Translations under genes and position numbers: made by a program
The notes under the pieces: model-generated
What the model saw: the letters and a program-made list of their open reading frames with translations, nothing else
Told to the model about the DNA's origin: nothing
The model's database searches: none
Assembly: GCF_902168175.1 (NCBI RefSeq)
Contig: NZ_CABHOU010000103.1
Coordinates: 545 to 64,544 of the forward strand
DNA length: 64,000 bases
Direction: 5' to 3'
From: an uncultured Chitinophaga sp.
GTDB taxonomy: Bacteria > Bacteroidota > Bacteroidia > Chitinophagales > Chitinophagaceae
In this document: in pieces, positions 19,047 through 27,948 of the stretch
Layout: the number at the start of each line of letters is the position of its first letter
How positions within the stretch are numbered: the first letter of the stretch is position 1

Positions 19047-20015
19047 ATGGAAACATTGTTTGAAACTAAATCATTTAATATGAAAGCTGCTGTATTATCA
19101 CAGTATGGAGACGCCAGTAATTTCGAGATCAAAGACGTGAAAATACCAGAAATAGAGGAAGGGCAGATATTGGTGCGCAGCTTCGCCTCTTCTGTGAACC
19201 CGGTTGATACGCTCGTGCGTAAAGGCAAACTAAAGCTGCTCACCGGTTTGTTCGGCGAACATATTATCGGCAGCGATTTCGCCGGCGTAGTAAGCGCTTC
19301 CTCCAGCAGCCGTTTTAAACCGGGCGATGAAGTATATGGATTTAAAAATGCTGCCGCCGGACATGCCTACGCAGAATATGTGGTGGTGGATGAAGATAAT
19401 GCCGCGATTAAACCCAGTAATCTGAGTTTTGCCGAATCCGCATCGCTGCCGTTGGTGGCCCTAACGGCTTACCAGGGCTTAACGCGCGAAGGTAAGCTGC
19501 AGGCAGGTCAGCATGTGCTGATCAACGGTTGTACAGGTGGTGTGGGCTGCATGGCTGTGCAGATCGCGAAGAAGCTGCGCGCTACCGTAACAGGTACCTG
19601 CAAATCCGCCCATACCCTGCTGGCCCGCGAACTGGGCTGTGATTTTGTGATTGACTATGAGAGGGAAGAAATACCGGCAGATGGTCGCTACGACCTGATG
19701 TTGGATCTTGCCGCCCAATTAACCCTTTCCGATATCGAAAAAAGCCTGAAACCAGAAGGTGTGCTGGTTACTACCAAGCCTCCGTCTGATGGTGTAGGCG
19801 AAGTACTCTCCTCCGCTATCGACCTGCTGAAAGCCCGTATGCGTATGTATATGGTAGATCCGCTGACTGCCGACCTGGACGTACTCAGAAGTTGGGTGGA
19901 GGCATGCGATGTTCGGCCGGTGATCATGAAATCGTTTCCCCTGGAATTGACGGGAGAAGCGCATGCCATGTTAGAGGATGAAAGTGTGGCCGGGAAAGTG
20001 GTTATTGAGATATAA
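19047..20015 (+). CDS. NAD(P)-dependent MDR-family (quinone oxidoreductase-like) dehydrogenase
   Basis: SVNPVD, GSDFAGVV, GDEVYG, LPLVALTAYQ, Rossmann GCTGGVG, GKVVI. An alternative start exists at 19080. Confidence 0.9.
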   Translation: METLFETKSFNMKAAVLSQYGDASNFEIKDVKIPEIEEGQILVRSFASSVNPVDTLVRKGKLKLLTGLFGEHIIGSDFAGVVSASSSSRFKPGDEVYGFKNAAAGHAYAEYVVVDEDNAAIKPSNLSFAESASLPLVALTAYQGLTREGKLQAGQHVLINGCTGGVGCMAVQIAKKLRATVTGTCKSAHTLLARELGCDFVIDYEREEIPADGRYDLMLDLAAQLTLSDIEKSLKPEGVLVTTKPPSDGVGEVLSSAIDLLKARMRMYMVDPLTADLDVLRSWVEACDVRPVIMKSFPLELTGEAHAMLEDESVAGKVVIEI

Positions 20016-20034
20016 TCACTAATTTGGAGGGCAT

Positions 20035-20742
20035 ATGAAGCTCCCTGTCCTCCACGGCGTAATCGACCGCCGCATTCTCGTGAATTTTGCTGCCGACCCG
20101 GACGTAGTGGCCCGTGTTATTCCAGCGCCTTTTCGCCCGAAAGTGTACAATGGTAAAGCCATTGTGGGCATTTGCCTGATCCGTCTTAAGCAGGTTCGGC
20201 CTAAGGGTTTTCCTGGTTTCCTGGGAATAGCCTCTGAAAACGGCGCGCATCGTTTTGCGGTGGAGTGGGAAGAAGATGGTGTGACGAAGGAAGGCGTATA
20301 CATTCCGCGCCGCGATACATCGCTGCGGTTAAACGCACTGGTGGGCGGCCGTTTGTTCCCCGGCAAACATTACCTGGCAGATTTTGATGTAAAGGAAGGG
20401 GATGGAAATTATCATGTTGCGTTCAACAGTTCAGATAATACGCAGATTTCCATAGATGCGAAGGAAACTGATAATTTCAGCAGTAACTCTATCTTTAAAA
20501 CACTGGAGAATGTGTCTTCCTTCTTCGAAAAAGGAGCTGTAGGATATTCTCCTAATGGAGCGAAGTACGAGGGTATGAAACTGCAAACCCTTAAATGGGA
20601 AGTTACGCCGTTGGAAGTAAGCCAGGTGCGTTCTTCCTTCTTTGAAAACAGGGATTTGTTTCCCGAAGGAAGCGTGCAGTTTGATAATGCGTTATTAATG
20701 AAAAAAGTCGTGCATGAATGGCATGCGGTAAAAGATAAATAG
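20035..20742 (+). CDS. DUF2071 (YqjF-like) protein
   Basis: RRILVNFAADP, GICLIRL..VRPKGFP, ENGAHRFAV, GVYIPRRDT pattern recalled for this family. Confidence 0.7.
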   Translation: MKLPVLHGVIDRRILVNFAADPDVVARVIPAPFRPKVYNGKAIVGICLIRLKQVRPKGFPGFLGIASENGAHRFAVEWEEDGVTKEGVYIPRRDTSLRLNALVGGRLFPGKHYLADFDVKEGDGNYHVAFNSSDNTQISIDAKETDNFSSNSIFKTLENVSSFFEKGAVGYSPNGAKYEGMKLQTLKWEVTPLEVSQVRSSFFENRDLFPEGSVQFDNALLMKKVVHEWHAVKDK

Positions 20743-20773
20743 AAAACGGCCGGGCATATTACCCGGCCGTTTT
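20743..20773. terminator. Bidirectional intrinsic terminator between convergent DUF2071 and GH2 genes
   Basis: AAAACGGCCGGG (20743-20754) and CCCGGCCGTTTT (20762-20773) form a perfect 12-bp inverted repeat with T runs on both strands. Confidence 0.85.
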
Positions 20774-20775
20774 AC

Positions 20776-23448
20776 TTACTTCACCTTAAAGTCCAACACC
20801 GGCGCTTTTGCATTGAATGCTTCTGTACGCAGAAAAAATTCTTTCGGGCCGGCATCTTCTTTATCAAAGCTGATCGTTATCTTTTTCGATTCTCCGGGCA
20901 GGAGGTTGATAAAGTTATCGGAGTAGAACGCCGGACGAATGCTTTTGCCATTACCATCCTGTAATTTCAGTTGGGTAAAGAATGCGAGCGATTTGCCGGT
21001 ATTCGTCACCGTAACATCTATTTTGCCATTCACCTGCATGGTTGCCTTCACATTAAGCATGGTTTGCGGCAGTTCATTAATCGACTGAAATCCTGCGGTA
21101 GCAGGGCCGGTCATTGTCCAGGCGCCTTTGTATTCGTTGGTAGAACGCCAGTAAAATGCGTCAGACACCACATTGTCCTTCTCGTCTTTTAATATTAGTT
21201 TGATGAAGTGTACGGGGGAGATGTCCTGCGGGAAAACCAGGGTGATTGCGTCTTTCACCACACCATCGGCTGGAATATTGATGATCGCCTGCTGTATCGT
21301 TTTTCTTTCTGAATGGATGTCGTAGAGTTCTGCATAAACCGTGTAACCATCAAACTTGCTGCGGTAGTCGTTGTATACCGACACCGTATTCTTAAGATAA
21401 TCGAACTGGGCATGTAAGGGTTGCAGGCCGTTCTGTGAGTAATAAAGCGCCGCAGTTGGCTCCAGGCTCCAGTCGTACATACGTCCGCCGGTTTGCCTTA
21501 CCGGGCTGTTATGGTACCAGAACAGGAAGCCGGAAGCGAAACGATCGCCCCAGCCGAACTTATTACGGTTCCAAACCTCCCATATGGCGCGGTAGTTCAG
21601 CGCACCTACAAACTGGGCTTTCTTTGCAAATTCTTCTATAGAAGATGATGGCCCGAACTGGTCCACCGCCTCGCGATACTTCGTTGTTACCTGGTGAAAT
21701 CCACCCCCATCGAGGTAATTCCAAACACTGTCGTTAATCGGCCACAAGTCTTTGGCAGGCATCATCTCTCTTAAAGATTCCACCGTAGGCAGGCAGGGCG
21801 TGCCATACTCCGGGTTAAATCCATCCACACGACTGCCTCTGCGCGAAGCCGTGTTCTCGAAATATTGCATGGGGTTCTCGTATTTATACGGACTTCCATC
21901 ATGCACGCCGCAGCATTCCGATTGCATCTGGTAACCACGGCTGCTGTCGAGCGATTTGATAAGGGCAGCAGCGCCGGCTACCTCCGTAGATTCATTAGAG
22001 GAAACATAGTAGGCGAGGGAGGCGTGCGGACGGATGCGTTTCACCGTGTTCTCTATATTAGACAAATACAACGGTTTATCAACCGGGAACTGCGTGTCGC
22101 CCGTGATCCAGAACTCGGCCCATATCATTAAGCCTAACTCATCGCAGCGCTGGAAGAAGTAATCAGATTCCGTGATACCACCCGCCCAGAAGCGGATGAA
22201 ATTAAGCCCGCTCTGTCGCGTATATACAAGTTCCGCATTGGTGCGTTTACGCGAGTTCTGCAACATCGCCTCCGGTATCCAGTTCGTACCCCTGATAAAC
22301 ACAGGGTGCCCGTTCACCAGGAACCTCCGCGACGAATCCGGCGTTTTACGGTCGCTCGATATTTCACGGATGCCGAAAGTGCTGGTGCTGGTATGACTTA
22401 CGGCTTTATTTTGTATAAAGGAGCAGTTAAGATGATAAAGGAACTGATGCCCTTTATTGATAGGCCACCAAAGTTTGGGTGAACGGAAAGCCAGTTGGGG
22501 ATGCGTTTCCGGTGTAAACACTAGTGTTTTACGCTCTTTTGGCGCCAGCGAAACCTTTTGCTGTATGGTAATGCCATTTTCCGGTATAGTAGCCTGGAGC
22601 AAACCTTCCTGCATTTTGTCAGAAGCATTAGCTACTTCTACTGATATGGTTTCCCTTGAACTGGTAGTATCCGGCAATGGCAGGTCAGACACGACAAAAG
22701 GATGCTCAACCAGCACGTCGCCGGTAGTATAGAGTTCCACTTCCCGCCATATACCCGTATTCCTGTCGCGGATACCATCGGCGAAGGTGAAATCCCAGCC
22801 GGCGCTCATCAGCATCGTTACGTTTTTACCGATCATCCCATCTCCGCCGTTCTGGTTTTCGCCAGGTGCGCCATTACGCCGCTCTTTCTTAAGCCCGCTC
22901 TGCCCGGGAACGTCTACCGGGGTAATATTCACCGCTAATACGTTCTCTTTGTTACGAACGGCAATATTGGTGATATCGAAAGCCTGCGTATTAAACATCC
23001 CAGCCATATCGCCCAGCTTCTGTCCGTTCAGCCATATTTCTGCCCGGTAGTTAATGCCATGTAACCTGAGCCAAAGGCGTTTACCCGTTAAAGTGGCAGG
23101 CACCCTGAACGAATTCCGGAACCAGTAATGATAAAACTCCCGCCCGGCATCGGCCATATCCGGGATTTTGTGCAGTAACCGTTTATTGGCATCCCCGAAA
23201 TACGGGTCCGGATATACCTTATTGGCTACCAGCGAAGTAAGCACCGTTCCCGGTACAATCGCGGGCTGCCAGCCATCCGGCTTATAAGTTTTAGTAGATA
23301 TCGTTTCCCCGCCGGCACCGGCTTTCGGGAAATGCTGCATCTGCCAGCCCTTGCCCAGGAACACGGACTGTGGCGAAGAGGGCGCTGCAAGCTGTGAGAA
23401 TGCGTTCAGCGTAGTAAATAGAAAACCCAGAAGGATGGAGTACCTCAT
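20776..23448 (-). CDS. Glycoside hydrolase family 2 (beta-mannosidase/exo-beta-glucosaminidase-like branch), secreted
   Basis: Signal peptide, LHGINYRAEIWLNG, FGIRE, VNGHPVFIRGTNWIP, RFWAGG, acid/base SNE, nucleophile region NPEYGTP, C-terminal Ig domain (YSDNFINLLPGE). Confidence 0.88.
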   Translation of the reverse strand: MRYSILLGFLFTTLNAFSQLAAPSSPQSVFLGKGWQMQHFPKAGAGGETISTKTYKPDGWQPAIVPGTVLTSLVANKVYPDPYFGDANKRLLHKIPDMADAGREFYHYWFRNSFRVPATLTGKRLWLRLHGINYRAEIWLNGQKLGDMAGMFNTQAFDITNIAVRNKENVLAVNITPVDVPGQSGLKKERRNGAPGENQNGGDGMIGKNVTMLMSAGWDFTFADGIRDRNTGIWREVELYTTGDVLVEHPFVVSDLPLPDTTSSRETISVEVANASDKMQEGLLQATIPENGITIQQKVSLAPKERKTLVFTPETHPQLAFRSPKLWWPINKGHQFLYHLNCSFIQNKAVSHTSTSTFGIREISSDRKTPDSSRRFLVNGHPVFIRGTNWIPEAMLQNSRKRTNAELVYTRQSGLNFIRFWAGGITESDYFFQRCDELGLMIWAEFWITGDTQFPVDKPLYLSNIENTVKRIRPHASLAYYVSSNESTEVAGAAALIKSLDSSRGYQMQSECCGVHDGSPYKYENPMQYFENTASRRGSRVDGFNPEYGTPCLPTVESLREMMPAKDLWPINDSVWNYLDGGGFHQVTTKYREAVDQFGPSSSIEEFAKKAQFVGALNYRAIWEVWNRNKFGWGDRFASGFLFWYHNSPVRQTGGRMYDWSLEPTAALYYSQNGLQPLHAQFDYLKNTVSVYNDYRSKFDGYTVYAELYDIHSERKTIQQAIINIPADGVVKDAITLVFPQDISPVHFIKLILKDEKDNVVSDAFYWRSTNEYKGAWTMTGPATAGFQSINELPQTMLNVKATMQVNGKIDVTVTNTGKSLAFFTQLKLQDGNGKSIRPAFYSDNFINLLPGESKKITISFDKEDAGPKEFFLRTEAFNAKAPVLDFKVK

Positions 23449-23528
23449 AATGTAAAACGTGGTTGTAATTGAAGGTGCTAAAGATAATAGGTGGGTTGGA
23501 TATTTTTCGGTTTTTGGGATTAGCGGGG

Positions 23529-23823
23529 GCGTTTACGTGTCGGCGTGTTTTTTTACTGTAGCGAAGACTGGAGCGACGGGTTGCTTCGCTTCGCTCGCAA
23601 TGACGACCAAGTGGGATGATGTTCGGGGCTGTTGTTGAATCGATGCTGGCGTGCCGTAGATGCGTTTACGTGTCGGCGTGTTTTTTTACTGTAGCGAAGA
23701 CCTGTATGAATTTATACGAGCGTAAATTTTTATAAATTAGATCGTCGCGAGACGTATAACGCCGCATGTACGCTACTCTCCGCCGTCATTGCGAGCGAAG
23801 CGAAGCAACCCGTCGCTCCAGTC
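23529..23823. repeat. Composite REP/MITE-like element: 40-bp inverted repeats plus 40-bp direct repeats
   Basis: 23566-23605 is the exact reverse complement of 23784-23823 (CGTCATTGCGAGCGAAGCGAAGCAACCCGTCGCTCCAGTC). GCGTTTACGTGTCGGCGTGTTTTTTTACTGTAGCGAAGAC occurs identically at 23529-23568 and 23662-23701. Confidence 0.9.
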
Positions 23824-23863
23824 AAAAACGTTTAAATCAACGCTTATAATAAGGGCAAAGCAG

Positions 23864-24640
23864 CTACACCCCCCTTATCTCCCCCAACTTCTCCTGCACA
23901 TAAGCCGTTGGCGACATCCCAAACTGCTTCATGAAACTACGGCCAAAATGGTTCGGCGAGCCGAAACCAACGATCTCTGATACTTCGTACACCTTGTAGT
24001 TCCCTTCTGCGAGCAATGCTGCTGCCTTTTTAAGGCGTGTGATGTTGAGCAGCTCATTTGGCGTGAGGTTGGAGATGGATTTGAGTTTGCGGTAGAACGT
24101 AGGACGGCTCATGTTCATGATGGTAGCGATTTTTTTCACGTCGAGTTCTTCCTGGTCGAGGTTGTCGGAAATGACTTCGTGCAGATGTTCGAGAAATTGT
24201 TCGTCGTGGCGGGTATGGGCCATGCTTTTGATGTGGGTGAGGGGGGAGTTGGCGAAGTAGTCCCGTAGTTTGCTGCGGTTTTGCAGGAGGTTGGCTACCT
24301 GTACCTGCAGGTATTGGGGGGAGAAGGGTTTCTCTACGTACGCATCGGCGCCCAGTTCCAGGCCTTCGATGCGCGATTCCATGGTGTTTTTGGCGGTGAG
24401 CAGGATGATGGGGAGGTGACTGTGTTCGAAGTCGTTTTTGATGGTGCGGCAAAGCGTGAAGCCGTCCATGCCGGGCATCATGATATCGGAGATAATGAGT
24501 TGTACGCAATTGTTTTTTAGCAGGGTGAGGGCTTCCGGGCCGCTGCTGGCGGCAAGTACTTCATATTTCTCTCCAAGATCTTCTGCCAGGAAATCCAGGA
24601 TGTCTTTGTTGTCGTCTACGATCAATAAAACTGGTTTCAT
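23864..24640 (-). CDS. Response regulator with AraC-type HTH (REC-AraC half of a split hybrid two-component system)
   Basis: LLIVDD, LIISDIMMPGMDG, ILLTAK, KPF; C-terminal MSRPTFYRKLK and FGSPNHFGRSFMKQFG. Confidence 0.93.
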   Translation of the reverse strand: MKPVLLIVDDNKDILDFLAEDLGEKYEVLAASSGPEALTLLKNNCVQLIISDIMMPGMDGFTLCRTIKNDFEHSHLPIILLTAKNTMESRIEGLELGADAYVEKPFSPQYLQVQVANLLQNRSKLRDYFANSPLTHIKSMAHTRHDEQFLEHLHEVISDNLDQEELDVKKIATIMNMSRPTFYRKLKSISNLTPNELLNITRLKKAAALLAEGNYKVYEVSEIVGFGSPNHFGRSFMKQFGMSPTAYVQEKLGEIRGV

Positions 24641-24651
24641 ATTGCTGGTTT

Positions 24652-27600
24652 TCAGTTTGAGAGTTTTCTGCCGTTCACGCCGTGAACAACAGAGAGATTA
24701 AATTCTGTGGCCTGATGTACAGGCAGGGTTAGTAAAAATACATTTTGATGATGCGCTTCTACGTACAGCGAGCCATTATGCAACTTGGCAAGTGAACGCG
24801 ATAAAGCCAGGCCTATACCGGTGCCAGGTTGTTTAATATCTTTCATCCGGTAAAAAGGTTCAAATATTTTCTCCTGCAGTTCGGCGGGTATCGGCGGACC
24901 ATCGTTGCTAAAGCGGATACTGAAATTCTCTGCACCTTCGTCCACAGGTAATAGTTGTACCGATGCAAATACATCTCCGAACTTAATGGCGTTACTGAAA
25001 AGATTATAGATGATCTTGTTGAACGCATCCATATCAATGTAAGCATACACCTGTTCCGGCGGCAGGTGGAGATGAAATCGTGTGTGCTTCTCATCGGCCA
25101 GCGGTTTAAAACTATAATAGGTTTCTTCCAGCATAGCACCGATATCTGCTTTCACAAAACTAAGGCTGTAACCATTGATCTCTGTTTTGCGGAAGTCGAG
25201 CAACTGGTTGGTAAGGTCTACCAGGCGGTTGGTGTTTTTCTCCATGATGTGCAGGAACTTCATCAGGTCGGGCATACCGGTGGCTTTGGTCATTACTTTT
25301 TCCAGCGGGGCTTTGATGAGTGTAAGGGGCGTTCGTATTTCGTGCGCTACGTTGGTGAAGAACACGATTTTGGCCTGGAATATTTCTTTCTCCTTTGCTC
25401 TTTCCAGCAGCTCGTACTTGCGGTTGTTTCTTTTCTCCACTTCTTCATGATATCTTTTAATGCCGAATGATATCACGAGTACGGTGGAAATGAAATAGGC
25501 AAAGTAGGCGGCATTACTGGCCCACCATGGCGGAAGTATTTTTATAGCTAACGCTGTTTCCTGGTTCCACACACCTGGTTTTACGGAGGCTTTTACCTTA
25601 AATAGATAATCACCGGGTGGCAGTTCGGTAAAATATGCTTTTCGGTTACGCGCCAGGTAAGTCCAGCTTTTTTCCTGTCCTTCTAAAACGTAAGCATACT
25701 CCGACATGTCGGGCGCGGCATAACTTAACGCCGCAAAGTCAATACTTATGGTAGATTGGTCGTGCGGAAGGGTGATTTTTTTTGTATATAACACGGAGTT
25801 TTGCAAAGGTGAATCATTATCCCCGATCCTTAATTCCTTATCAAATACCTGGAACCCGGTAATATAAACCGGGGGTGCAAATTCATTTTCTTTTAATTCA
25901 TCAGGATGAAAACTGATCATGCCTTTTACACTGCCGAAATACATACGGCCAGTTGCATCTTTATAAGCGGAATTAAAGTTGAACTGATCGCCAAGAGTAC
26001 CGTGAACGCTGTTGTAAATTACCGCTTTACCGGCGGCCGGATTAAACCTTGCAAGCCCGCGTGTGGTTGATACCCATAAATTACTTTTATCATCTTCCAG
26101 TATACTTAACGTAAAGTTACTCGGGAGGCCGTGTTCGGTAGTGTAGGTTGTAAAGTTGCGCTTGTTGCGGTTGTACAGGCAAAGGCCATCTTCCGTAGTA
26201 AACCAGAGGTTACGTTTACTGTCTTCGAAAACACTGGTTACCCTGTCGCTGCTAAGACTTTTTTCATCACCCGGCCGCTGGCGCAAATTGCCATGTTCTG
26301 AGGCGGATGAATAATTTATACCATTACCGTAGGTGGCGGCCCATATTACGCCGTAACTGTCTTTTAGAAGATAGGTGTACCAGTTGTTGGCGGGCATATT
26401 CGGTAGTGGATCAAAACCATCGTTCCGGTAAACGTATGCGCCGCGTGTGGTACCTGCCAGTATTTGTCCATCGCCGGTTTTGGTAAGATAATAAATGAAG
26501 TTGCTCTTCATCATATGCGGCCCGGCGCCGGCGGAATAGTGGCGGATAATTTGTCCGGTACGGGCGTCCATTACATCGAGGCCATGTTCGAAGGTGCCTA
26601 TCCATATTTCGTTACCGTTTACCAGTAACCCGTGTATGTTATTGTACGAAATGTTTTTACGGCTTCCCGTCGGCTGGTAGGGGGTGAACAGGCCGGTGGC
26701 GGTATCCAGTTTATTCAGTCCCGCATCTTCTGTTCCTATCCATAAGTTGCCCGCAGCATCCTGCTTTATTTCGCGTACAATATTGCCGCTGATAGCGTTG
26801 CCCGTCATCTTCGGATAGTATTTGGCAAATGGAGTTAGCGGGTTGGGGAAGTAGTTGATGCCGCCGAAGTACGTGCCTGCCCAGATGCCGCCCTCTTTGT
26901 CGCGCCAGAATGAGTACACCGCATTGTCTGACAGTGAATAGGGGTCATTGTATTTTTTCCTGATGTTGATGATCTTTCCCGCAGCAGTGTGGTATACGTA
27001 AATACCCGACTCGGTGGCGATCCAGGTTTCTTCCGGTGATACTTCTACGAAGTTGCGCGCAAACAGGGCGGTTTTATCTTCATTATAAGTGATGATATCT
27101 TTATAAGAATGGGTTTGACTGTCAAATATTTTCGCGCCCTGGTTGGAGGTGCCAACGAATATTTGTCCTTTCGAATTGCAGTAGATCTTTTCTATCCAGT
27201 GAGAAACGGCACCGGGGGAGTGGCTGAAAATATCAAAGCCTGTAAAAGTATTCCTGGCTTCATCGTACCGCTCTAATAGTCCGTCGCGCGTAGATACCCA
27301 GATGTGCCCGGACGGCGTCATACAAATAGACGTGGCCTCAAAGTAGCCCTGGGTATCAAAAGTATCGAGCTGACCGGATTGCGGATCAAATCGGTAGAGC
27401 GTAAAACCCATGATAAACCAGAGTCGGCCGTGGCGGTCAGATTTAATATCTCTTACCGGGCCACTCACCCTTTTATCGGCCTGGTTAAACTTCTCTACTG
27501 AAGCATCGTAGCGGTATAACCCTTTTTCTGTTCCGGCCCAGAGTATACCCCGCCCATCTTCATAAATACTGTGAATGAAGTTGCTGCCAATGCTGGTACT

Positions 27601-27831
27601 GTCTGCCTGGTTATGGCGGAATACCTTAAAAGTATAACCATCAAAACGGTTCAGTCCGTCCTTTGTCCCAAACCACATGAAACCTTTATGGTCCTGCAGG
27701 CAACAGATGGTGGCGTTGTTGGAAAGCCCGTTCTCAACTTGGTAATGGCGGAAGTTATAGGATTGCCCGTAAAGGCTGTGTACAAAAACAGCCAGTAACG
27801 TGGAAAGTAATATGTGGGTCCAGGGTTTCAA
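24652..27831 (-). CDS. Sensor histidine kinase with beta-propeller (Reg_prop) repeats and Y_Y_Y domain
   Basis: ENGLSNN...QDHKGFMWFGTKDGLNRFDG repeats, YAYVLEG, TM helix, H-box FFTNVAHEIRTPLTLI, NLFSNAIKF, GTGIGLAL; TTG start. Confidence 0.93.
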   Translation of the reverse strand: MKPWTHILLSTLLAVFVHSLYGQSYNFRHYQVENGLSNNATICCLQDHKGFMWFGTKDGLNRFDGYTFKVFRHNQADSTSIGSNFIHSIYEDGRGILWAGTEKGLYRYDASVEKFNQADKRVSGPVRDIKSDRHGRLWFIMGFTLYRFDPQSGQLDTFDTQGYFEATSICMTPSGHIWVSTRDGLLERYDEARNTFTGFDIFSHSPGAVSHWIEKIYCNSKGQIFVGTSNQGAKIFDSQTHSYKDIITYNEDKTALFARNFVEVSPEETWIATESGIYVYHTAAGKIINIRKKYNDPYSLSDNAVYSFWRDKEGGIWAGTYFGGINYFPNPLTPFAKYYPKMTGNAISGNIVREIKQDAAGNLWIGTEDAGLNKLDTATGLFTPYQPTGSRKNISYNNIHGLLVNGNEIWIGTFEHGLDVMDARTGQIIRHYSAGAGPHMMKSNFIYYLTKTGDGQILAGTTRGAYVYRNDGFDPLPNMPANNWYTYLLKDSYGVIWAATYGNGINYSSASEHGNLRQRPGDEKSLSSDRVTSVFEDSKRNLWFTTEDGLCLYNRNKRNFTTYTTEHGLPSNFTLSILEDDKSNLWVSTTRGLARFNPAAGKAVIYNSVHGTLGDQFNFNSAYKDATGRMYFGSVKGMISFHPDELKENEFAPPVYITGFQVFDKELRIGDNDSPLQNSVLYTKKITLPHDQSTISIDFAALSYAAPDMSEYAYVLEGQEKSWTYLARNRKAYFTELPPGDYLFKVKASVKPGVWNQETALAIKILPPWWASNAAYFAYFISTVLVISFGIKRYHEEVEKRNNRKYELLERAKEKEIFQAKIVFFTNVAHEIRTPLTLIKAPLEKVMTKATGMPDLMKFLHIMEKNTNRLVDLTNQLLDFRKTEINGYSLSFVKADIGAMLEETYYSFKPLADEKHTRFHLHLPPEQVYAYIDMDAFNKIIYNLFSNAIKFGDVFASVQLLPVDEGAENFSIRFSNDGPPIPAELQEKIFEPFYRMKDIKQPGTGIGLALSRSLAKLHNGSLYVEAHHQNVFLLTLPVHQATEFNLSVVHGVNGRKLSN

Positions 27832-27948
27832 ATCACTTTATTGAGATGATTTGGCGAAATATTGAAACAAAATGGCGTGCCGGATCAGATAATAATTGTC
27901 AATTTCACACTAACTAAAGTATTAAATATTCAATCAAAATCACGCGTT

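Noticed and set aside
23864-27831. Frameshifted (pseudogenised) hybrid two-component gene
   Set aside because: Both halves are intact, the kinase has a normal C-terminal tail and stop, and the regulator has its own ATG with an A-rich leader.
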